Positions 39,544 through 47,595 of a DNA stretch of 64,000 bases are shown piece by piece. The notes under the pieces were generated by a model. The model saw only the letters and a program-made list of their open reading frames with translations. It was not told the origin of the DNA and ran no database searches. The translations under genes were made by a program, and so were the position numbers. Within the stretch, counting starts at the first letter, position 1; each line of letters opens with the position of its first letter. Source of the DNA: an uncultured virus (IMG/VR IMGVR_UViG_3300008448_009590) (taxonomy: Duplodnaviria > Heunggongvirae > Uroviricota > Caudoviricetes); IMG/VR virus record IMGVR_UViG_3300008448_009590; one strand, 5' to 3'.

Positions 39544-40336
39544 CTATGCGATAGTGTTTTCGGTTGAAAATAAAAAAAAATTAAATTACGAAAAATTGTC
39601 TATAATACTTTCAACTAGCATCAGAGAACATTTACCTGATATTGATGTGTACTGTGGTTGTTTTACAAGTAATACTATTAGTGACGAAACAAAAAAACAT
39701 TTAAAAAAATTAAATGTAAATATTCAAGAAATTGATATTTTTAACGAGAGAGATGGTGATGACTCTTTTTATTTAAGATTGTATACAAAATATTTTTTTT
39801 CCAAAACTTTATTAAATTCTTATGATTATCTAGTTTACGTTGATGTTGACACTTTATTTTTAAAACCGTTAAACTTTGATTTTGATCCTTTAGATAATAT
39901 TGTACTAGTAGAAACAATACCCAATTGGGTTAAAAAACATGAGTCGAAGAATACTTATGTTCCAGAGGGAAATTTGTATTATAATTGGATACAGATATTA
40001 AACCATAAAAACAAATTTCTATATGATATAGATTTTTCCGATATAAGTTTTTTAGAAAGTAAAATGGCTGATAGTTTTATATCCAAAAGAATAGACAATT
40101 CTGGATTAAAATTAATTGAACAGAATATAGGAGCCAACCACTGTTTAAAGCCTATAACAGAAAAAACACAAATAATACACTACGATGATTTGGATTATGA
40201 TGGTTGTTTTATTGATTTGGAAGATTTATATCCAGAAACTTACAAAAAATATAAATTATTAATAGAACAAATTTTAAATTTGAAAATAACCAATATTAAA
40301 GATTATTATAAAAATATAAGAGATTTATATTCATGA
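39536..40336 (+). CDS. Glycosyltransferase, GT-A (GT8-like)
   Basis: SIREHLPD, YDYLVYVDVDTLF (DxD), IIHY. Confidence 0.7.
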   Translation: MYNYAIVFSVENKKKLNYEKLSIILSTSIREHLPDIDVYCGCFTSNTISDETKKHLKKLNVNIQEIDIFNERDGDDSFYLRLYTKYFFSKTLLNSYDYLVYVDVDTLFLKPLNFDFDPLDNIVLVETIPNWVKKHESKNTYVPEGNLYYNWIQILNHKNKFLYDIDFSDISFLESKMADSFISKRIDNSGLKLIEQNIGANHCLKPITEKTQIIHYDDLDYDGCFIDLEDLYPETYKKYKLLIEQILNLKITNIKDYYKNIRDLYS

Positions 40337-41016
40337 AAAAAGAAATTTTAGAATATTCTTTTGAAAAAGATGTTGCTCATATACCTTCAGCTTTATCAAT
40401 GTCGGACTATATTGAGGAGTTGTTTAGTGAAAAATTAGTAACACCTGACGATAAAATAATAATAGGAAAACCTTTTGGAGCTCAAGCCTATTATATAATA
40501 TGGAAAAAAATGGGATATTTGGATGATATACATAAATTAAGTCCTGTTTTAAAAATGAGTGAAGTTGATTTTGTAGATTTTTCTGAAGAAACTATGGGAG
40601 ATTCATTGGGTATAGCAGCAGGCATAGCTCTAACTACAGAAAAATTAGTTTGGGTAAATCTATCTGATGCAACTTTACAAATGGGACCAACACTTGAAGC
40701 AATACAGTTTATAGGACAAAATTGTTTAAAGAATGTTTTAGTAACAGTTGATTATAATGGAACTCAAGTAACGGGGTATACAAAAGATATAATTAATACT
40801 GATCCTATCGTAGACATGTTTAGAGGATATAATTGGGAAGTATTTCATGATTTGAACAATTTTAGTATTGGTAAAAAGCCTAAAGTTTTTATTATGAAAA
40901 CAATTAAAGGTAATGGAATACCAAGCATGGAAAAGGATATAAAAAAATGGCATTACAGGAAAATACAATCACAAGAAGAATTACAGTCGTTGGTGCAGGA
41001 ACTTCAGGTTATTTAA
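40333..41016 (+). CDS. Transketolase-like N-terminal (ThDP-binding) subunit
   Basis: AHIPSALS, MGDSLGIAAGIA, SDATLQMG..EA..VDYN (variant GDG..N motif), TIKGNG..ME..WH. Confidence 0.82.
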   Translation: MKKEILEYSFEKDVAHIPSALSMSDYIEELFSEKLVTPDDKIIIGKPFGAQAYYIIWKKMGYLDDIHKLSPVLKMSEVDFVDFSEETMGDSLGIAAGIALTTEKLVWVNLSDATLQMGPTLEAIQFIGQNCLKNVLVTVDYNGTQVTGYTKDIINTDPIVDMFRGYNWEVFHDLNNFSIGKKPKVFIMKTIKGNGIPSMEKDIKKWHYRKIQSQEELQSLVQELQVI

Positions 41017-42290
41017 CTGTTTTATATTTTTGCAAAAAATATCCTGATATGCAGGTGACATGGATTTATCCAGAAGTCAACCAGCCCATAGGTGTTGGTG
41101 AAGCAACAGTACCACAAGTTCAAAGATTTTTAGCTGAGTTGGGAGTATCTGTTCAAGATATGATATTACATTGTAATGCAAATTTAAAAATTGGAGCAAT
41201 GTTTGAAAATTGGTCACCAACACAAAAATCTTTTTTTCATCCATTTGGATCCACAGATGAAAATTGTTTGGATTTGGAGTGGTACTTAAAAAATAATCAA
41301 ATTCCACCAAATATTTTAGAAGCTTATCCCGAAACATTAGAATATATGTTGGAGAATGATGATTTTCCAGATTTTGCAACAAATTTTGATGTAAGAGAAT
41401 TGTGTAAGTACTTGGATAAAATTTTTGAAAATTTTAAAAATTTAAAAGTAATACGTAAAACTATAACAGATGTTGATGAAATTGAAGATGATCACATCAT
41501 AGATGCCACAGGATTCTCCAAAACATTAATCAATAAAACTGATAAAGAAAATTTCAAAAGTATTAAACACATTATACCTAATAATAAAGCTTTTGTTTAT
41601 CGAGCTGAATATTCCGATAAAGAGAATCAACAACAACCTTATACAACAATTACCGCGGTGACGCATGGTTGGATATGGACTATACCATTGAAAGATGTTA
41701 TAACATTTGGTCACGTACATGATGATCGTTACGACACTAAACAAGAATACATAAATTTTGTGGAGTCTAGACTTGGTTACAAAATAGACGAATCTAAAAT
41801 TGTTGAAGTTAAAATGATTACTGGTAGGAATATAAAACATTTTAGAAAACAAGGAAACAAGTCGATTTATTCAATTGGTTTAAGTTCTTATTTTATTGAA
41901 CCTATAGAAGCTACAGGATTATATCTTGCAACTTATGGTATTAAATTATTAGATCGTCTGTTAAAAAATGAAATAACCGTGGATGAGTATAACAATGATT
42001 ATAACAGAGAATTTGATGCTGTTACAGACTTTATTACTACATATTATAAATTTTCAAAAAACTCTAATGAATATTGGGATCATTTTAAAAAATTAAATAT
42101 AGAAACTCATAGGAAAAATAATATTTTTCCGGCCAGAAGTTGGAATTTAATATTATCTGGAATGGGACAAGAAGAAAAAAAATACAAAATAAAAGCAGAA
42201 CGTATAATAAAAATTAGAAAAAATAATGTAAAATATAGTGAATGGTTAAAAGAATTTCATGAGAAAAACTCTACATCAATATCTAAGTAA
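40947..42290 (+). CDS. Flavin-dependent (tryptophan) halogenase family protein 1
   Basis: VVGAGTSG, IGVGEAT, CNANLKIG..F.NW (catalytic Lys position), GWIWTIP, FIEPIEATG. Confidence 0.87.
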   Translation: MALQENTITRRITVVGAGTSGYLTVLYFCKKYPDMQVTWIYPEVNQPIGVGEATVPQVQRFLAELGVSVQDMILHCNANLKIGAMFENWSPTQKSFFHPFGSTDENCLDLEWYLKNNQIPPNILEAYPETLEYMLENDDFPDFATNFDVRELCKYLDKIFENFKNLKVIRKTITDVDEIEDDHIIDATGFSKTLINKTDKENFKSIKHIIPNNKAFVYRAEYSDKENQQQPYTTITAVTHGWIWTIPLKDVITFGHVHDDRYDTKQEYINFVESRLGYKIDESKIVEVKMITGRNIKHFRKQGNKSIYSIGLSSYFIEPIEATGLYLATYGIKLLDRLLKNEITVDEYNNDYNREFDAVTDFITTYYKFSKNSNEYWDHFKKLNIETHRKNNIFPARSWNLILSGMGQEEKKYKIKAERIIKIRKNNVKYSEWLKEFHEKNSTSISK

Positions 42291-42738
42291 ATTAAAACAT
42301 CCCGACATTTATCTATTACATGGAGATATGTGGGGTTTCCCCACAAAAGGCAATGTAATTAATTGCGGTATACAAGAACCAAATATGGTTAATATTGCAG
42401 CTGGTCTTGCCAGTCAAGGTAAAAAAGTGATAGTATATGGTGTTGCTGGATTTGTAATTTATAGAGCTTACTCTCAAATCAAACTCAATATTAAAGATTG
42501 GGCAGAAAATTTTGGTTCGATTATATTTGTAAATGCTGGTTATAATGGGTGTTATTCATACTGCGGTAGAGGACATCTCGTATATGATGATCATTTATTG
42601 ATGAATGCTTTAGACATTCCGTTATATACTCCCGACGATTGTAGTGGTTTTATACGTACAGTAAAAGAAGGACTACAACAGAACGGAGTTCGTTTTATTC
42701 GATTGGGTTGGGATGGTGCACCATGGAAATTGCGGTAA
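42259..42738 (+). CDS. Transketolase-like pyrimidine-binding subunit
   Basis: INCGIQEPNMVNIAAGLA..G, F..RAYSQIK, GH, FIRLG. Confidence 0.82.
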   Translation: MRKTLHQYLSKLKHPDIYLLHGDMWGFPTKGNVINCGIQEPNMVNIAAGLASQGKKVIVYGVAGFVIYRAYSQIKLNIKDWAENFGSIIFVNAGYNGCYSYCGRGHLVYDDHLLMNALDIPLYTPDDCSGFIRTVKEGLQQNGVRFIRLGWDGAPWKLR

Positions 42739-43319
42739 CTGGACACACGGGATTTATTGGTAGAAATTTGGTCGAAGAATTTAAACGCCAAGGCTATAAT
42801 CCAATTTTAATAGACAAAAATTTTACACCAGTTAAGTGTGATAGGATATATCATTTGGCTTGTCCTGCAACTACATATCACATTACAAATAATACTATTA
42901 GTGTTATGGATGCTATATTAGATTTAACTCGCAAAGCAATGAATATATGTAGTGATGCTTTATTTGTAAATGCTAGTTCTTTTGGCGCTGCTGATATTAA
43001 TGAAAGTAAGCAAGGTGGATATAATGTTGCTAAAAGATGTATGGAAATATATTTGTCGCATTCTAAAATTAATTATATAAATTATAGAATACCTTCCGTT
43101 TATGGTCAAGACGCCAGTACCGATTCCTTTATTAAAAGGTGTGTTTTAGGTACTGCTTACAAACCCACAAACTCCTCACAGATTTGGCCGATATCTCATG
43201 TTGATGATGTCGTTGAAGCTTTAATTAATCTTTCAGAAATTAAAATTGAATATATTACTTTGGGTGAAATATACGAACAATTTACTTCGGGAAAAAGAAA
43301 TTTGATAAAACATGAATAA
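42723..43319 (+). CDS. NAD-dependent epimerase/dehydratase
   Basis: VTGHTGFIG, IYHLACPA, ASS, YNVAK, RIPSVYG. Start set at ATG 42723. Confidence 0.8.
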   Translation: MEIAVTGHTGFIGRNLVEEFKRQGYNPILIDKNFTPVKCDRIYHLACPATTYHITNNTISVMDAILDLTRKAMNICSDALFVNASSFGAADINESKQGGYNVAKRCMEIYLSHSKINYINYRIPSVYGQDASTDSFIKRCVLGTAYKPTNSSQIWPISHVDDVVEALINLSEIKIEYITLGEIYEQFTSGKRNLIKHE

Positions 43320-44577
43320 TATAGAAAATATTACAGTTATTGGTGCAGGCACTACAGGTTATTTAACCGTTTTTCATTTGTGTGAAACTTATCCTAATAA
43401 AAAAATTACTTGGATTTATCCGAAAGAAAATCAACCAATCGGTGTTGGAGAAGCTATTATACCAGATGTTAGTAAATTTTTACAAAATTTTGGAGTTAAA
43501 CATCAGGATATATTAAAACATTGTAATGGAACACTAAAATTTGGAGTCTATCTGAAAGGATGGAATAAACCAGGAGAAGATTTTACTTTTCCTTTTGGTT
43601 TCGAATCTGCTAATCCTAGACACAACTCGTCCAGTCAAGATAGAATAATGAAAACTAATAAAATACCAAAAAGAATATTTGATTACCAAAACATTTCTAC
43701 GCATTTTAGGGTTACCGAACTATTGGAATATCTAGACAACTATAAAAAGAAATATTCTAATTTAACTGTTATTAGAGAAAAGGTGACATTGAATGATATA
43801 AAAGACTGTTATGATTTAATAATAGATTGCACTGGATTTGAAAGAACTGTTAGTTATATTCCAAATAATTTTAAAAACATTTCGGATAAAATACCAAATA
43901 ATCAAGTTTTTCTTTTTAGACATACTTACACAGATAGGGAAAAACAATGTGTTCCTTATACCGTTGCAGAAGCAATGAATTATGGTTGGTGTTTTAATAT
44001 TCCTTTAAGGAATGAATTGGCTTGCGGTTATGTACATGACGGAAAATTTGATGTTAAAGAAGAATATATTAATTATTTGGAAAAAAAGTTTAATATAAAA
44101 GTTGAACCTTCGAGTATAAAATCGTTAAAGATGGTAACTGGTAGAAATAAAATACATTTAAAAAACAATATTGTAGCTATGGGTCTTGCCTCATCTTTTA
44201 TTGAACCGTTGGAATCTACAGGTTTATATTTGGTAACTAGTGCTCTTAGAAAATTGTGTGATTATATAGATAAGAAAATTACTGAAACTGAATATAATTT
44301 TTTTATTAATGAAGAATTCGATACTATTACAGATTTTATAGTCGAACACTACAAATATTCTAAAAGAGACAATGAATATTGGAACTTTTATAAAAAAGTA
44401 AATACCAAAAAACGCACAGTTAATATATTTCCTAATTCTGGATGGGACACAATAAAAAGTGGTTTTCTCTCCGAAGTACCTAGGCCTACTGAACCCATGG
44501 ATAGTAAAGAATTAATTGAAATACATAAAGGTAAACCTTTTCATGAGTGGATATTAAACGAAGAAAATTACATATGA
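43312..44577 (+). CDS. Flavin-dependent (tryptophan) halogenase family protein 2
   Basis: VIGAGTTG, IGVGEA, CNGTLKFG..GW, IDCTGF, GWCFNIP, FIEPLESTG. Confidence 0.85.
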   Translation: MNNIENITVIGAGTTGYLTVFHLCETYPNKKITWIYPKENQPIGVGEAIIPDVSKFLQNFGVKHQDILKHCNGTLKFGVYLKGWNKPGEDFTFPFGFESANPRHNSSSQDRIMKTNKIPKRIFDYQNISTHFRVTELLEYLDNYKKKYSNLTVIREKVTLNDIKDCYDLIIDCTGFERTVSYIPNNFKNISDKIPNNQVFLFRHTYTDREKQCVPYTVAEAMNYGWCFNIPLRNELACGYVHDGKFDVKEEYINYLEKKFNIKVEPSSIKSLKMVTGRNKIHLKNNIVAMGLASSFIEPLESTGLYLVTSALRKLCDYIDKKITETEYNFFINEEFDTITDFIVEHYKYSKRDNEYWNFYKKVNTKKRTVNIFPNSGWDTIKSGFLSEVPRPTEPMDSKELIEIHKGKPFHEWILNEENYI

Positions 44578-45497
44578 ATAATTTGATATTAGGTGGAGCT
44601 GGTTTTATAGGACAGCACTTAACACATAAACTTTTAAAAACTAGACAACAAAGAGTTACTATAATAGATAATTTATCTACCAGTAAAATAAATTTAGATA
44701 ACTTTTCTGAATACAAAAATTTATTTAAATTTGTTGAAGGTGACATTTCCAAAATGGAAGATAAAGAACTACTCAAACATATGAGAGATCACAATAGAAT
44801 TTTTCATTTTGCGGGCAGTGTTGGTGTCGAACATATTGATAAGGATCCATCAGGCACTCTTTTCAATAACAATTCTTTAACTAATAAATTAATACCATTA
44901 TTTAAAGAATCCAAGAGGCATGTAATATTTTCCAGTACCAGTGAAATTTACGGAAATGGACCCTTCAACGAAGAAGATTGTAGTAACATAGGACCTAGCA
45001 ATAAGTTAAGATGGGGATATGCAACAAGTAAATTGATGGCAGAATTTTTATTAAATGCTAGTGGTGTGCCGTATACTATTTTAAGATTTTTCAATATAGT
45101 TGGACCTGGACAACTATCAGATTACGGTATGGTTTTACCTAAATTTATAGAAGCTGCAAAACGAAATGAAGATTTAATTGTTTATGGAACTGGTGAACAG
45201 ATAAGGTGTTTTTTTCATATTGATGATGCGACAGATGCTATAATAAAATGTACCAATTTTAAAAATGAACTTTTTAATGTTGGAAATGATGAACCGATTA
45301 CCATAAACAAACTTGCCAAAAAAGTTATTAAAATAAGTGGATCTAGTAGTAAAATTGTTCACATTCCTTATGAAAAAGTTTTTAGTAAAAACCACGGTGA
45401 TATACAAAAAAGAATTCCCGATATAACCAAACTCAGAGAAAAAACAAATTTCAGACCAAAGAAAAATTTGGATGATATCATAAAAGATATGTTATGA
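44574..45497 (+). CDS. Nucleotide-sugar epimerase/dehydratase (extended SDR)
   Basis: LGGAGFIG, IDNLST, FSSTSEIYG, RWGYATSK, RFFNIVGPGQ, GTGEQIRCF, RIPDITK. Start set at ATG 44574. Confidence 0.9.
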   Translation: MNNLILGGAGFIGQHLTHKLLKTRQQRVTIIDNLSTSKINLDNFSEYKNLFKFVEGDISKMEDKELLKHMRDHNRIFHFAGSVGVEHIDKDPSGTLFNNNSLTNKLIPLFKESKRHVIFSSTSEIYGNGPFNEEDCSNIGPSNKLRWGYATSKLMAEFLLNASGVPYTILRFFNIVGPGQLSDYGMVLPKFIEAAKRNEDLIVYGTGEQIRCFFHIDDATDAIIKCTNFKNELFNVGNDEPITINKLAKKVIKISGSSSKIVHIPYEKVFSKNHGDIQKRIPDITKLREKTNFRPKKNLDDIIKDML

Positions 45498-46138
45498 AAA
45501 TAGTTTTTATATTTGCACATTTAGACGATGAGTCTTTTGGGCCAGCCGGAACAATATCAAAATTGTGTGAAGATAATGAAGTTACAATTGTATCTTTATG
45601 CAAAGGAAATCGTCCAGGTAACGAACATGTTGAATCCAAAAGATTGAATTCTTTTTATAAAGTTTGTGATTATTTTGGTGCGAAACCTATAGTTTTTAAT
45701 AACTCCGATTGCACTTTAACTTTAGAAAAGTGTTTGAGTGATGTTGAATTGGTTATCAACGAAATACAGCCAGAGATAGTCTTTACGAATAATATATCGG
45801 ACATACATAGAGATCATAGAATAGTTTCCGAATCTGTTATGGTTGCCTGTAGACCTAAACCAAATTCTTCGGTAAAACAACTCTATATGTGCGAGATACC
45901 AGCTTCAACCGAATGGTCTATGGGTCAAATAGAGCCTATTTTTATACCAAATTATTTTGTGAATGTTGAGTATTATATGCATAAAAAGAAATTCGTATTG
46001 TCACTATATGATACGGAAACGTATTCTTATCCTGATGCTAGATCAGAAAAAAGTATGATAGTTCTATCGGAACAAAGAGGTAAACAAGTTGGATATAATC
46101 ACGCAGAATCATTTAAGATGATATATAACCTTCAATAG
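45494..46138 (+). CDS. PIG-L / LmbE family N-deacetylase
   Basis: FAHLDDESFG..GTI, DIHRDH, AESF. Confidence 0.88.
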   Translation: MKIVFIFAHLDDESFGPAGTISKLCEDNEVTIVSLCKGNRPGNEHVESKRLNSFYKVCDYFGAKPIVFNNSDCTLTLEKCLSDVELVINEIQPEIVFTNNISDIHRDHRIVSESVMVACRPKPNSSVKQLYMCEIPASTEWSMGQIEPIFIPNYFVNVEYYMHKKKFVLSLYDTETYSYPDARSEKSMIVLSEQRGKQVGYNHAESFKMIYNLQ

Positions 46139-46667
46139 AAACCCTCTCTCTACCATAAAATTCATTAATACCGTAAGACTTTAAGACGGTTTGATATAAT
46201 CCATTTAAATCGTTATTATATGGGAAACAAAACTTAACCGGAAAAATATTTAAGTTTTTATTGAACCATTCCAACATTAATTCGGTGTCCATTTTTATAT
46301 GGTCTATTTTATCTTTCAGGCTGCTGAAAAAATTCAAATTTTTGTGAAAATGTGAATGTCCTCCTATAATAACGTTTTTTCTAGTAGATAAATAACTTAT
46401 CTGGTCCACATTCATAAAATCTTCATAATTTCCTTCGAATGCTTTTTTATGGCAATTTTCGGAACTTATGAATTTTTTAGATTGTTTTCCTTTACAAATA
46501 ATGTTTGTTGATACAAAAAATATTTTTTCTGTTTCTATTTTTTCAATTTTTGGGTAATAATAGAAGTGGTTGTAAAGTCCATCATCAAAAGTTAGAACAA
46601 AATCTTTTAATTTTGGAACTATTAAGTTTTTTTCTATTTTATGTATCATTAAAACTGGTTTGTCCAT
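46113..46667 (-). CDS. Polysaccharide deacetylase family protein
   Basis: PVLMIH, LTFDDG, IGGHSHFH, FCFPYN. Start set at ATG 46667 to avoid overlap with the ErpA gene. Confidence 0.82.
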   Translation of the reverse strand: MDKPVLMIHKIEKNLIVPKLKDFVLTFDDGLYNHFYYYPKIEKIETEKIFFVSTNIICKGKQSKKFISSENCHKKAFEGNYEDFMNVDQISYLSTRKNVIIGGHSHFHKNLNFFSSLKDKIDHIKMDTELMLEWFNKNLNIFPVKFCFPYNNDLNGLYQTVLKSYGINEFYGRERVSIEGYISS

Positions 46668-46671
46668 ATCA

Positions 46672-46679
46672 AATAAATA
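46672..46679 (+). promoter_or_regulatory. Late promoter-like motif AATAAATA
   Basis: In the 28-bp divergent gap, upstream of SD AGGAG and ATG 46696. Confidence 0.5.
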
Positions 46680-46695
46680 TAGTAGGAGAAAATTA

Positions 46696-47010
46696 ATGCT
46701 TAATATAACTGAATCTGCTGTAAATGAAATCAAACAATATTTAGACGATGAAAACAAATACTTGAGGGTCTATGTTGAGGGTGGTGGATGTTCTGGTTTT
46801 AAATATGGTTTTGATTTTGAAGAATCTGTTTCCGAAGATGATTTTGAAATTCCTTTAGATGGTTTTTCAATTCTTGTAGACTCTTTCAGTATGCAATATT
46901 TGGAAACCGCAACTTTGAATTTCAAAGAAGATATTATGGGACACACTTTTACTATAGAAAACCCTAATGCACAGACGACCTGTGGCTGTGGAAGTAGCTT
47001 TTCGGTATAG
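46696..47010 (+). CDS. erpA: A-type Fe-S cluster carrier (ErpA/IscA/HesB family)
   Basis: ITESA, LRVYVEGGGCSGFKYGF, LVD..S..YL, NPNAQTTCGCGSSFSV. Confidence 0.93.
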   Translation: MLNITESAVNEIKQYLDDENKYLRVYVEGGGCSGFKYGFDFEESVSEDDFEIPLDGFSILVDSFSMQYLETATLNFKEDIMGHTFTIENPNAQTTCGCGSSFSV

Positions 47011-47026
47011 TAAAGATGTCAGTTTG

Positions 47027-47062
47027 ACTAAATACCACATTAACAAAGGGAGTTTAATGTGG
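47027..47062 (+). promoter_or_regulatory. Late promoter-like ACTAAATA followed by a stem-loop covering the start codon
   Basis: CCACATTAA (47035-47043) pairs perfectly with TTAATGTGG (47054-47062); SD GGGAG is in the loop and GTG 47059 is in the stem. Confidence 0.6.
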
Positions 47063-47391
47063 CTGAATTTGTAGAACTTACCATAGACCAGGGTGCGACT
47101 TTTAACACCGTAATTACTGTAAATGATGGTACCGGCGCAGGCCAAAACCTGTATGGATATATTGCCAGGTCCCAGATGAGAAAATCTTACTACTCCTCAA
47201 CAAAATACGATTTTAATGTTCAAGTGACCACTCCTAACATTGGAGAAATCACTATGATCATGTCAGCAGCAAATACTGCAAATTTAACTCCGGGACGATA
47301 CGTTTATGATGTAGAAATAGATGATGGCGCAGGTGAAATCACAAGAATTTTTGAAGGTATAATTACTGTCCTTCCTAACGTTACGAGATAA
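47059..47391 (+). CDS. Conserved T4-like virion protein (Ig-like / BppU-like)
   Basis: LTIDQGATF, ARSQMRKSY, GRYVYDVEI..TRIFEG.ITV.P.VT. Confidence 0.7.
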   Translation: MAEFVELTIDQGATFNTVITVNDGTGAGQNLYGYIARSQMRKSYYSSTKYDFNVQVTTPNIGEITMIMSAANTANLTPGRYVYDVEIDDGAGEITRIFEGIITVLPNVTR

Positions 47392-47394
47392 AAA

Positions 47395-47595
47395 ATGCCA
47401 ATAAATGTAAACGTAAAACCACAAAAAACAACTATATCTTCGGTTACCGTGGCCAGAACTGCAAATTTAGCTCTATCACAATTGAATAATGTTGAAACTC
47501 AGGGTGTGGAAGAAGGATTCGTTTTGACTTATGAATCTGGATCCAATAAGTATGTTATGAAAGAAATTCCTGTAATTAACGGCGGAAGCTTCTAA
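47395..47595 (+). CDS. Small hypothetical virion protein
   Basis: LSQLNNV..GFVLTY fibre-type motif; C-terminal INGGSF. Confidence 0.6.
   Translation: MPINVNVKPQKTTISSVTVARTANLALSQLNNVETQGVEEGFVLTYESGSNKYVMKEIPVINGGSF

Noticed and set aside
46668..46757. Extended starts for the deacetylase (46757) and ErpA (46660)
   Set aside because: They would overlap head-to-head; family motifs begin at ATG 46667 (minus) and ATG 46696 (plus, with SD).
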